This document shows, piece after piece, positions 38,983-47,717 of a stretch of DNA of 51,506 nucleotides (its first letter is position 1; every line of letters starts with the position of its first letter). Below the pieces are notes generated by a model that worked only from the letters and a program-made list of their open reading frames with translations, searched no databases and was not told where the DNA came from. The position numbers and the translations under genes were made by a program. Where the stretch lies: the UHGV virus genome UHGV-0335272; one strand, given 5' to 3'. The DNA comes from a virus.

Positions 38983-40873
38983 AGGAGCCTTCCTGATGGT
39001 TTATAACGCCGCGGGCAAGTCCGGCGGCCATAGCCGGTAATTCCTCATACTGGTTGCAAAAGGCCGGGTTGGAGCATAAGCCCTGCAGGGCAGCAATGGT
39101 CAGCTGTTGCAGGTAGGTAACAGGCGAAAGCGGCGCGTTTGTCACAGGTGCTGGATCCGGCTCGGTTTTATGCTTTGCAGTAACGGCTGGTGGATCGAGC
39201 ACGACAGATTTTGGTGGTGCCGGGCGGCGGTATTCAACGATCGCATCAAGGGCGATTTTCTGACGCACGCTGATATCGTCAGACCAGCTATCCAGCATGG
39301 TGGTTGCCACGTCGTGGATCTCCTCGTCGGAGAACTCAGGAGACAGGCAAAATTCTGTGGTGGTGATATCGGCCATTAGCAGTGGAATAACATCAGAAAC
39401 GAGCTGGCCGGTGCCTGCCACCACATCTTCTGCTTCTTCTTTCCCCATGATGTTGGTGCGTCCAGAAATAAGGTCATTAAGCGCATGCAAAATCGCAAAG
39501 TCGCGATTATTTGGTGCAGGTGGTACTTCCTGTTTTTCGACCTCATTTGAGGGGGAATTATTAATCAGTGCATCAACAGAGAAGACTCCGCCGCCCAGGT
39601 TCTCCACCCGTGGTTGGTCAATCGCTTGCTCTTCTGGTGCCGGGCTCTGAGTGAATGCCTCGTTGAGTTCATTGTTGAGTTGCGCAGCTTCGCCTGGGCA
39701 AACTGCTGGTGGCAGAGCTTCGCCCGGTACAGTCGATTCGGTTTCATCATTTTCTTTTTTCTCAACATTAGTGCGAGGTTTAGGGCGGCAGGCTATATCA
39801 ACCGTTTTCTGGTCAGGGTTCGCATGGTCACGTTCAACCAGCTCGCGATTAATGTATTCACGCAAGGCAACAGGATCCATCCAAATGTTCTCCGGGGCGG
39901 ATTTAATCAGGGCGATAATGGCCGCACGGGAATAATCCAGAATGCCTGGGGTGCTGCGCAGTTTTTTCCACCACGCTGTAAAACGGGTGTCCTGTTCTGC
40001 TTCGGCCATGGCTTTCGCTGGAATCATGTATTTATTCGGGATCCAGTAAATGTCGATCTCGTCGTACATACTCAGAATGGCAACAGCCACTTCGATACGC
40101 AGCGTAGAGAGGTTATGAACCAGATCCGGGCTGCGGTCTGTCTTGTTACCACCGCCCAGTGTGGAGCCGGTGTCTGTACGGTTTTCTTCTGAGTTAGTGC
40201 TGTCAGCCAGAGGTCGCTTATCAACCGGGGTATCGATCCATTTAGCGATCTGCTTTTTGATGTCCGGCCACTGTGCAGAGTCTTTTGTATTTTCTCGTAT
40301 CCATGCGAGCAGCTGCTCCTGCCGTTCCGGAGCCAGCGCCAGCGCGCGGGTCTCTTTCGCCAGTGCTTCTGCAAGCTCGCGGGCAAAGCTGGGTTCATCA
40401 TCATTCTTCAGATCGACGATCTGGCCGTACTGCGCTGTAGTGATTCCAGGGACCGGGCCGAACAGTGCCAGGCAAGCTGCACGGGATGCCACGTCGAGCT
40501 GCGCGACAGTTTTAATTTCTTCCAGTGCCTTGTTGTCGTCCCATTCCGTCTTTTCTTCAGATTCTGGCTGTGGTGCTGCAGCTGGTTCACCTGCATTCAC
40601 ATTCCAGATAGCAACGGTATCGAAAAATTCAGATGAGAAGACATCAAGCTCAGGGCACGGTAAACCTTCACGGTGTTCCCAGATCTTCACTTTGAAGAAA
40701 TCATCAATATGTTCCGGGTGTTCAGCTGCCAGCTTGCCGAAAATAACGGCTTCAGCGATGGCTTTTGTTGCCGCATTAACTGCTGTGGCAAGCGGTTTTA
40801 AATCGGGGTGTTTTTTCAATGCTTTATCTTTTGGGAAATAAGCACCACCAAAAACTTTTAATTCAACAGACAT
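38969..40873 (-). CDS. Large acidic protein of unknown function (early-left operon)
   Basis: 634 aa, no P-loop or recognisable catalytic motif by eye; Pro/Glu-rich linker segments. Confidence 0.6.
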   Translation of the reverse strand: MSVELKVFGGAYFPKDKALKKHPDLKPLATAVNAATKAIAEAVIFGKLAAEHPEHIDDFFKVKIWEHREGLPCPELDVFSSEFFDTVAIWNVNAGEPAAAPQPESEEKTEWDDNKALEEIKTVAQLDVASRAACLALFGPVPGITTAQYGQIVDLKNDDEPSFARELAEALAKETRALALAPERQEQLLAWIRENTKDSAQWPDIKKQIAKWIDTPVDKRPLADSTNSEENRTDTGSTLGGGNKTDRSPDLVHNLSTLRIEVAVAILSMYDEIDIYWIPNKYMIPAKAMAEAEQDTRFTAWWKKLRSTPGILDYSRAAIIALIKSAPENIWMDPVALREYINRELVERDHANPDQKTVDIACRPKPRTNVEKKENDETESTVPGEALPPAVCPGEAAQLNNELNEAFTQSPAPEEQAIDQPRVENLGGGVFSVDALINNSPSNEVEKQEVPPAPNNRDFAILHALNDLISGRTNIMGKEEAEDVVAGTGQLVSDVIPLLMADITTTEFCLSPEFSDEEIHDVATTMLDSWSDDISVRQKIALDAIVEYRRPAPPKSVVLDPPAVTAKHKTEPDPAPVTNAPLSPVTYLQQLTIAALQGLCSNPAFCNQYEELPAMAAGLARGVINHQEGSCASD

Positions 40874-40904
40874 AATTACCTCTATAATTTTAGGGGGATG
40901 ATAT

Positions 40905-41138
40905 TTAGCGATATGGTTTTCGAATAACGCACCTTAAATTTTTTAACGCGTTACGTCTTTCTCTTTTTTCATTGCATTGCTCACATAAATAAATCGTGCG
41001 CTTAAAGGGATATATATCTGTTTTCCTTTCATGCATTTCCGATTTTTTATATTCGTGGCAGCAAACAGCGCAATGACAAATGATGTCATCCATATCAGTT
41101 AAGTTGTTGGCGTTTGTGATCGTAATAAGACATGCCAC
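40905..41138 (-). CDS. Small Cys-rich zinc-finger-like protein
   Basis: CHCAVCC ... CEQC cysteine pattern. Confidence 0.4.
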   Translation of the reverse strand: MACLITITNANNLTDMDDIICHCAVCCHEYKKSEMHERKTDIYPFKRTIYLCEQCNEKRERRNALKNLRCVIRKPYR

Positions 41139-41367
41139 AAGCGTTCTGCGCTTCTGCGAAGTTCACAGACAGCAAGCTAATGTGCTCAACAGCACAAATC
41201 GGGCAATGAAATTCACCGAGCACGTAGCCACCGTCAAGCACAACGGTTACGGGGCCAGAAGATGGCAGATGAACAACGCCAGAAATGGCACCGTTAATAT
41301 TAAAAGTTGCAAGGTCTTTATTGACGATAGCCAGGTTCATTTCTACGGTTGTAATAGTTGCTTTCAT
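41095..41367 (-). CDS. Hypothetical small protein
   Basis: 90-aa ORF; overlaps the next ORF by about 44 nt, so one of the two starts is probably wrong. Confidence 0.35.
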   Translation of the reverse strand: MKATITTVEMNLAIVNKDLATFNINGAISGVVHLPSSGPVTVVLDGGYVLGEFHCPICAVEHISLLSVNFAEAQNACGMSYYDHKRQQLN

Positions 41368-41434
41368 TTTACAGTCCTTAATTTAAGGTGTGAAAATCCC
41401 AGCCAGTTAAGGCATCGGTTTTAGGTTGGTCGAA

Positions 41435-41620
41435 TTAAATAACTTTTAGATTATTGCGCCATTCCTGATAAGGCTGGCGATGCACAACAAAATTTCTGTA
41501 TTTCCGTAATACTTTCCAGGCGGCATGGCATCCCGCAACATCGCGAAGAAATACTGAAGTTACGAGTTTTCCTTGTGCCCAGGCAATTTGTTGTTCCGGT
41601 GTTAATTGTGTCTTATCCAT
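41435..41620 (-). CDS. Hypothetical small protein
   Basis: ORF trimmed to MDKTQLTPEQQIAWAQGK... with upstream GGAG. Confidence 0.4.
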   Translation of the reverse strand: MDKTQLTPEQQIAWAQGKLVTSVFLRDVAGCHAAWKVLRKYRNFVVHRQPYQEWRNNLKVI

Positions 41621-42271
41621 ATATGAACACTCCACTATAAAACCTGATTTAAAAAGGGCGGTGTATACGTGGACCACGGGAAACGCATATACCACCAAGA
41701 ACTAAACACAGCCTCATGTTGCGATTACCCACAACTGGAAGCGCACTCAATCAATTTTGACTTAACGACAAAGCTCAAATTGGTGAGGCGAGTGCGCTCT
41801 CAATTGTGGGCGATTCATCTGCCCTGGTCCGGCGGCGCCACCTCGCCAGAGCAGATGTAAAGGGCAGTTACGCTGCCATGCGGCTTATTGGTCTGTGCAG
41901 GTATTTCAAGTCCTGCATCGTGGGGTTTGCTCTCCGCCCCAGGTTCTCCCCGCTACGCTTTAGCGCGCAACCTGAGAAAACCGCCTTCAAGCCTTTGGCT
42001 TACGCCACATTCATGAAACTGCCTGGACGAACTCGGAAAAGCTCAGTGCTTCTTCACCTTCCGCCAGACTGTTGAAATATTCTTCGTATGCTTTTTCCAT
42101 CTCGAACCCCTGTTGCTGCTTTGCTCGGCTTATCACCCTTATCGCCGGGTAGGCGGAACGTTTACTGATTACTGCGTGTTTTGTTGGTCTAAGTTTATAA
42201 AAAAATAAACCAATATGTAAAGTTAATGATAAACAAAAAGGCGTGAAAAATTGGATGTGGTTGAATTTGGA

Positions 42272-42297
42272 GAAAAAAAAGACCGCAACAGGCGGTC
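42272..42297 (-). terminator. Intrinsic terminator downstream of repressor gene
   Basis: Minus-strand GACCGC-CTGTT-GCGGTC hairpin followed by TTTTTTTT, 10 nt after the repressor stop. Confidence 0.6.
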
Positions 42298-42307
42298 TTT
42301 AGGGGAG

Positions 42308-42703
42308 TTAGTCTATTTCGAGGTCTTTGAGCATCTGAAGGATTTCTTGTTTGCTCTTGCCTTTAAGCCTTGCCTTGAGCTCATTGTCTATGGAGTTAAC
42401 TTGGGCCCTGAGGTTTACCATGTGCTGCTCTTTTTCCCATTCAGCAAGGCTGTCGAAAAGGTCTAGAAGTTCTTCATGGCGCGCGTCAAATGGACGAGGG
42501 GATCTTATCTCTTCACCCATAGGTTCTTCATCAAGATAACCAGGAGCCATGCCGTAATCTCGTTCAATACGGCGCGCAGCTCTCTCGCCGAACGACGCTT
42601 TGCCGTTGATCAGCTGTGAAAGGTAGCTCTTCTCTTTCTCCGGCAGGGTTCTGCTGGAAAACCATGCCGCTAGGCGCTTACGCCTGATTTCTTTTGTGTC
42701 CAT
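42308..42703 (-). CDS. Prophage repressor (HTH, CI-like, no peptidase domain)
   Basis: 131 aa; HTH-like segment EKSYLSQLINGKASFGERAARRIERDYGM; divergent from cro-like gene. Confidence 0.65.
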   Translation of the reverse strand: MDTKEIRRKRLAAWFSSRTLPEKEKSYLSQLINGKASFGERAARRIERDYGMAPGYLDEEPMGEEIRSPRPFDARHEELLDLFDSLAEWEKEQHMVNLRAQVNSIDNELKARLKGKSKQEILQMLKDLEID

Positions 42704-42743
42704 GCAGTCATTTTGATTAGTAATTTCTAAACAAGCAAAAACT

Positions 42744-42772
42744 TGACATTAATGTTTAGTGGTTTATAAACT
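42744..42772 (+). promoter_or_regulatory. Candidate early rightward promoter with overlapping palindromes
   Basis: TTGACA then 15 to 17 bp then TATAAA/TAAACT; GTTTATAAAC palindrome over the -10; CTAAAC ... GTTTAG inverted repeat. Confidence 0.4.
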
Positions 42773-42797
42773 TGCAACTCAACACACAGGAGCAATT

Positions 42798-43055
42798 ATG
42801 CAACTCAATGACTTTTTGAAAGCCGGTGGACCAAAGATCCGCAAGGCGCTGGAGCAACACCTTGGGATATCGAAATCTTACCTCTCCCAACTTGCAACGG
42901 GGCGAGCAGCTATTTCGCCGAGTCGATGCATCGTTATCGAAACCTTTACCGATGGAAAGGTTTCTCGTTCTGACATGCGGCCAAGCGATTGGGCTGAAAT
43001 TTGGCCTGATTACAAGCCAAAAAATAACACAACAGCTCAGGAGGATACTGACTGA
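42798..43055 (+). CDS. Cro-like HTH regulator
   Basis: ORF trimmed to MQLNDFLKAGGPKIRKALEQHLGISKSYLSQLATGR... with GGAG RBS. Confidence 0.6.
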   Translation: MQLNDFLKAGGPKIRKALEQHLGISKSYLSQLATGRAAISPSRCIVIETFTDGKVSRSDMRPSDWAEIWPDYKPKNNTTAQEDTD

Positions 43056-43507
43056 TGGAAATCAAAAAACTGGCATGTGAGCTGGAGTCCTGGGCGCAGG
43101 AAAAGGGCTGGAAGACAGTCACGCAGCTGATAACCCCGCATCACTTTGGCGATCTGCTTCAGCCATTGGATAACGTGACGGACCCTGACGAGTACGCGCG
43201 GCGCTTGCACAACAACAAGCAGATTATTCAGCGTGCATTCCGCAACGATACACCTAACTACCTGAAACAGGCTGAAGCCCTGAGCTATGCCATCCGCACC
43301 GCCATTGATAACGAGCTAGAGCAGAAAGACTGCATGCTCTACCGGGCGGCAAGGGTTAACAAAGAGTGTATCGAAGCCACCAATGCAGTCTTCACTGGCA
43401 AACCGCAACCGGTAATCCGCCGCGAGACTCTGGAAGCAATCGACGCGCTGGCGCAGCTGGTCGGCGTCAAAGTGAAGCTGGTTTCGACTTGTTCAAACGT
43501 AGCCTAG
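43055..43507 (+). CDS. Hypothetical regulatory protein (CII/YdaT-like position)
   Basis: 150-aa ORF directly after cro-like gene. Confidence 0.35.
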   Translation: MEIKKLACELESWAQEKGWKTVTQLITPHHFGDLLQPLDNVTDPDEYARRLHNNKQIIQRAFRNDTPNYLKQAEALSYAIRTAIDNELEQKDCMLYRAARVNKECIEATNAVFTGKPQPVIRRETLEAIDALAQLVGVKVKLVSTCSNVA

Positions 43508-43529
43508 TTCAGTTGTATCGAGGTGTTCT

Positions 43530-44447
43530 ATGAGCATGGAACTGATGGTTCAGGCGATGAAGGTCAAGGTAGGAAACCCGCTTCGTAAGCTGGTTCTGCT
43601 TAAGCTGGCCGATAACGCAAGTGACCAGGGCGAATGCTGGCCGAGTTATCAGCATATCGCTGATCAGTGTGAGATCAGCCGTCGTTCCGTCATGAATCAT
43701 GTTGCCGCGCTTTGCGAGTCTGGTCTGATGCGAAAAGAGACCAGATCGGGGCCGAAAGGCAATGGCAGCAATTTCTACCGACTAACCCTGAGCGGTGCAA
43801 ATACCAGTGCAAGGGTAGTGCAGGAGATTCACCAGAATGGTGAAGCAAATTCACCAGGGGCTGGTGCAGGAAATTCACCAGATGGTGCAGCACGTTCACC
43901 AGGGGATAGTGAAGGAGATTCACCCAGAATCAGTCACTCTTCTGAACCAGTCAAAGAACCAGAAAATACTTCTTGTCCGGAGGCTTCGCCGTCGGACGGA
44001 AAATTGACAAAAACCGAATTTTTAAAGCGCCACCCAGAAGCGGTGGTCTACAGCCCTGCAAAACGCCAGTGGGGCAGTCAGGAAGATTTGACCTGTGCGC
44101 AATGGATTTGGAAGCGCGTGCTGAAACTCTACGAGGAGGCCGCAACCTTTGACGGCGAGATCGTTCGTCCGAGAGAGCCGAACTGGACGGCCTGGGCGAA
44201 CGAAGTTCGTCTGATGCGCACCCTTGATGGCCGTAGCCACAAGCAAATTTGTGAAATGTTCAAGCGCGTCCAGAGCGATACGTTCTGGGTTCGCCAGGTC
44301 AAATGCCCGGCCAAACTGCGCGAAAAATGGGATGACCTGATTATCCGCCTGTCGGCGCCGGGCACAGGGCATTACCAGGCCGGTGGACGGGATATCAATC
44401 AGATCTCCCGTCCCGATAACACCGTTCCGCCAGGATTCAGGGGGTAA
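43530..44447 (+). CDS. Replication initiation protein (O-like, N-terminal HTH)
   Basis: N-terminal LRKLVLLKLADNASDQGECWPSYQHIADQCEISRRSVMNHVAALCESGLM; upstream of DnaC-like gene. Confidence 0.6.
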   Translation: MSMELMVQAMKVKVGNPLRKLVLLKLADNASDQGECWPSYQHIADQCEISRRSVMNHVAALCESGLMRKETRSGPKGNGSNFYRLTLSGANTSARVVQEIHQNGEANSPGAGAGNSPDGAARSPGDSEGDSPRISHSSEPVKEPENTSCPEASPSDGKLTKTEFLKRHPEAVVYSPAKRQWGSQEDLTCAQWIWKRVLKLYEEAATFDGEIVRPREPNWTAWANEVRLMRTLDGRSHKQICEMFKRVQSDTFWVRQVKCPAKLREKWDDLIIRLSAPGTGHYQAGGRDINQISRPDNTVPPGFRG

Positions 44448-44449
44448 AC

Positions 44450-45190
44450 ATGCAAAACGCAGGTTCCATTCTCGATCGCCTTCGCCGTGTCATTCCGCCG
44501 GGCGTAGAACCCAAATTTAAGAGCGCTGCAGAGCTGATGGCCTGGCAGCGGGAAGAAGGGCAAAAGCGCGCAGCTGAGATTGACAAGATCAACCAGCAGG
44601 CGCGGGCAGAGAAAATTTTCGGGCGATCCGGGATCCAGAACCTGCACCGCAGCTGCAGCTTCGCAAATTACAATGTGGAGGGCGACGGCCAGCGGCATGC
44701 GCTGAGTATGGCAAAGAGCTACGCGCAAAATTTTGGTACCGGCTTTGCCAGCTTCGTTTTCACCGGAAAGCCTGGTACCGGGAAAAACCACCTCTCAGCG
44801 GCGATCGGAAATTATCTGCTGAAACAGGGCCGAACGGTTCTGATTGTGACGGTGCCTGATCTGACCCTGCGCGCCCGTGCCTGCTATGACGAAGGTCGTT
44901 CTGAAGCCGCGCTGCTGGATGACCTCTGCAAAGTGGATCTGCTGGTGCTCGACGAAGTCGGCATTCAGCGCGACAGCCGCGGCGAGAAAGTTTTATTGAA
45001 CCAGATTATAGATCGCCGGCTGGCCGCTATGCGCCCGGTTGGCGTACTGACCAACCTGAATTACGACGTGCTTGTAGAGACCCTGGGGGCAAGGGTTATC
45101 GATCGCCTGCGCATGGATAACGGCATTTGGGTGAACTTTGACTGGGAGAGCTATCGCGGAAACGTTAGCCACCTGAGACCTGTTAAGTGA
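44450..45190 (+). CDS. DnaC-like helicase loader (IstB-like ATPase)
   Basis: Walker A GKPGTGKNHL, Walker B LLVLDEVG. Confidence 0.8.
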   Translation: MQNAGSILDRLRRVIPPGVEPKFKSAAELMAWQREEGQKRAAEIDKINQQARAEKIFGRSGIQNLHRSCSFANYNVEGDGQRHALSMAKSYAQNFGTGFASFVFTGKPGTGKNHLSAAIGNYLLKQGRTVLIVTVPDLTLRARACYDEGRSEAALLDDLCKVDLLVLDEVGIQRDSRGEKVLLNQIIDRRLAAMRPVGVLTNLNYDVLVETLGARVIDRLRMDNGIWVNFDWESYRGNVSHLRPVK

Positions 45191-45207
45191 ATTTTGAGGT
45201 GAAAATT

Positions 45208-45882
45208 ATGGAAACCGTATTGGATGCACTGAAAGCCATGAAAAAAGCAACATATCGCGAGGTTGCTGCCCGTCTGGATATCGAGCCCATTGAAGCGCTG
45301 AACATGCTGCGCGAGCAGAAAGAACAAGGGTTATGTGATTTTTACGATGGCGCATGGTCAATCGGTACAGCTAAAGAGCAGGCCAGGCAGCCGATCAAAC
45401 CTCAGGCAGCGGAGCCAGCGAATCAGGCTCCGCGCCTGAAAGGTGATGAACCAGCACCGGTTGATGTTGTGGCCATCCGCCAGTTGCTTGGAAAGAGCGG
45501 CTCTATGACCACCGCTGCGCTGGCTGCAGCTGTAAATCGTAATGCCCGCGGCATGGTCTCTGTAATGCTGTCTTTTGAGCGGCAGGGCGTGGTTATCAAA
45601 AACGGCGAGGGGAAGGGCGTGACATGGTCTCTGCCTGGAGCTGGTGAGGCCGCAGGCGTTACAGCCGAAGCTGCACAGCCAGAAAAAACAACTGCAGAAA
45701 TTATTGAGACCATCCCGGCATTCGCCTCTCGCCCTGATGACCTGATTATTCCGTCATCCCGTTATATCTCCGGTGAAATCCGCCGGACAAAAGCGAAGCT
45801 GTCAAACCTGCAGCGTCTTCAGGGCGCCGTTCGGGAGCTACGCCGCCATAAGCATCTGCTGGAGGGGCTGGGGAATGACTAA
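45208..45882 (+). CDS. Hypothetical protein
   Basis: ORF trimmed to METVLDALKAMKK... Confidence 0.45.
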   Translation: METVLDALKAMKKATYREVAARLDIEPIEALNMLREQKEQGLCDFYDGAWSIGTAKEQARQPIKPQAAEPANQAPRLKGDEPAPVDVVAIRQLLGKSGSMTTAALAAAVNRNARGMVSVMLSFERQGVVIKNGEGKGVTWSLPGAGEAAGVTAEAAQPEKTTAEIIETIPAFASRPDDLIIPSSRYISGEIRRTKAKLSNLQRLQGAVRELRRHKHLLEGLGND

Positions 45883-46105
45883 TTTACCGAAATGCCCTCA
45901 ATGCGGCATGGCCCCTTCACTGAGGGTTCGCAGCCGGGGAATGAACTGGGGTTCAGCAGAGGTCCGCTGTTCGAACGGTTGCCCTGGCATCCGAGCGGGA
46001 TTTTCGTTCCCGCCTGATGGTGAGGCAGCGGCCCGGCAGTTGCTTCAGGAAAAATGGAAAGAGCTTGTGGGAGGAATCAACGATGCCACGACCAAAAACT
46101 CATGA
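45875..46105 (+). CDS. Small zinc-ribbon protein (Lar-like restriction alleviation candidate)
   Basis: MTNLPKCPQCGMAPS...CSNGC cysteine pairs; overlaps neighbours. Confidence 0.35.
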   Translation: MTNLPKCPQCGMAPSLRVRSRGMNWGSAEVRCSNGCPGIRAGFSFPPDGEAAARQLLQEKWKELVGGINDATTKNS

Positions 46106-46349
46106 AGAGCGCACGGTGATGATTAACCGGATTATCGAACTGGTGAAAGAGCAGGGCCGTATCACGACGAAGGACGTCGTCGCGATGTTTAACCTGCACC
46201 GAACCACGGCAGAGAAGTACATCCGGATTGCCGTGCAACGTGGAGAGCTTATCCGTTACGGTCGCTGCGGTATTTTCCGTGACCAACGTGCAATTATCGA
46301 CTTTGACCTTAGCCGCTTTTCACAGCATAGAGTGGGTATGCAACCTTAA
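46083..46349 (+). CDS. Hypothetical HTH-like protein
   Basis: ORF trimmed to MPRPKTHEERTVMINRIIELVKEQGRITTKDV... Confidence 0.4.
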   Translation: MPRPKTHEERTVMINRIIELVKEQGRITTKDVVAMFNLHRTTAEKYIRIAVQRGELIRYGRCGIFRDQRAIIDFDLSRFSQHRVGMQP

Positions 46350-46656
46350 GTAAGACTTTCACCGCAAAAGGGCACATATCATTCTTAATTCAATGAAAGC
46401 GCGAACCCAATGGATGATTATCCAGGTCGATATGAACAGGCAACAACCTCTGGCTGGATAACTCCTGGTAGAGCTAGAATGACGATGCATTTATCACTGC
46501 TGTTTAATACAGATTAAAACAATGATGCTAAAATCTTGGTCTACATCAAAGATCTGTGTAACTGACTGATATTATTGAGTTGGTGTGATTTTGTTGTGGC
46601 TTATGACAAAATTTGATTGATCTTTTTTGTGGTTGTGACTAGAGGTCTTGTCAATT

Positions 46657-46697
46657 GGATTCATCGATCGATGAAAAAAGAATTGATCGATGAATCC
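46657..46697. promoter_or_regulatory. 13-bp perfect inverted repeat with GATC sites overlapping a candidate promoter
   Basis: GGATTCATCGATC - 15 bp - GATCGATGAATCC; TTGATC then 17 bp then TAAACT downstream; TTGTGGNTNTGAC direct repeats upstream. Confidence 0.45.
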
Positions 46698-46741
46698 TTT
46701 GATTCTAAACTAACAGTATTGAAGTAATCAGAGATTCAGTC

Positions 46742-47263
46742 ATGGCTAACAATTATTCAACTCAAGCTTTCTTCGATTTCCTGTACGAACTGCCTTCATT
46801 GGGACTCATCAATGAAGCAACTGCACGTAACCTGAAGAATTCAGCGTTGCTATTGCTCTCTGTTACCAAAATTCATAGTGATGATGATGTACGAGATCTA
46901 GACGTTGAAGACTTGATCGAGAAGTATATTGCGACCCAGTCCACGAAGCCTGGTGAATCTTCCATTCAAAGCTATCAAAGCCGATTTAAAAGCGCCGTTA
47001 ACAAGTTCGAGGAGTATGTGCGAGTGGGTACTATTGTAAACCAGTCAGATACTGACGGAAGCCAAGACGGATTTGATACTGCGGATCAGAATGCGGAGAA
47101 GATTAAACTGGGCAAGAGAGAGAAGGTGCAAGCCTTCAATTTGCCGATTGTAGTTCGCCCGGAGACAGGAACGATGATTACTGTCCAAGGCTTACCAACT
47201 GATCTCACTGCGGAAGATGCTGAGCGTATTCTTTCGGTATTAAAAGCGTATGTGCGTTCATGA
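46742..47263 (+). CDS. Hypothetical protein, AT-rich gene with own promoter and operator
   Basis: 173-aa ORF, clearly lower GC than flanking genes, preceded by a 390-bp AT-rich noncoding region. Confidence 0.55.
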   Translation: MANNYSTQAFFDFLYELPSLGLINEATARNLKNSALLLLSVTKIHSDDDVRDLDVEDLIEKYIATQSTKPGESSIQSYQSRFKSAVNKFEEYVRVGTIVNQSDTDGSQDGFDTADQNAEKIKLGKREKVQAFNLPIVVRPETGTMITVQGLPTDLTAEDAERILSVLKAYVRS

Positions 47264-47415
47264 AAAGAATTTGGGCCCAGCCTTTGGAGAGGAAGGGCCC
47301 GGATTGGGGATGTTGGAGCACCCGCAATCAGTACTGCGTACACAACAGTACAGTAGCGGATCCCCATATTTTAATCAAGTTTTAGGGAGGTGCTCCCCTG
47401 AGGCGAGGTTTATGT

Positions 47416-47589
47416 ATGGCTTTAAAAGACATCGCTACCAAACCGTTACCAGCCGGTTTTCGCTGGGTAAAATGCCGTTTCCGTAAAGCTCGTGCAAAGG
47501 CAGGGACTCCTGATTCTGAACGTAAGATTCTTGATGCTCATGCCTATGGTTACAAATGCTGGTCCTTTCCAGTGCGCACTAAGCACTAA
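47416..47589 (+). CDS. Possible small basic protein (57 aa)
   Basis: Manually found ORF MALKDIATKPLPAGFRWVKCRFRK...; GAGG upstream; ends 5 nt before terminator. Confidence 0.25.
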   Translation: MALKDIATKPLPAGFRWVKCRFRKARAKAGTPDSERKILDAHAYGYKCWSFPVRTKH

Positions 47590-47593
47590 GTTT

Positions 47594-47617
47594 TAAACCC
47601 GCTTCGGCGGGTTTTTT
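47594..47617 (+). terminator. Rho-independent terminator
   Basis: AAACCCGC-TTCG-GCGGGTTTTTTT. Confidence 0.65.
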
Positions 47618-47687
47618 TATGCCTAATGCCAAATATCCTTTAACATTTCGTGCTCTTAATCCATTGATCATTTTTCTGTATGGCGTC

Positions 47688-47703
47688 ACTGTATAAATAT
47701 ACA
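47688..47703. promoter_or_regulatory. LexA (SOS) box upstream of UmuD'-like gene
   Basis: CTGTATAAATATACAG matches CTGT-N8-ACAG; about 15 bp upstream of the gene. Confidence 0.55.
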
Positions 47704-47717
47704 GTTAATCATCAGGG

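Noticed and set aside
40143-40841. Plus-strand 232-aa Ser-rich ORF
   Set aside because: Antisense to the 634-aa early-left gene; low-complexity Ser/Ala-rich translation and wrong orientation for the early-left operon.
47320-47345. Possible second LexA-like site (CTG...CAG) in the structured region
   Set aside because: Spacing is CTG-N9-CAG rather than CTGT-N8-ACAG, so it does not fit the LexA box.
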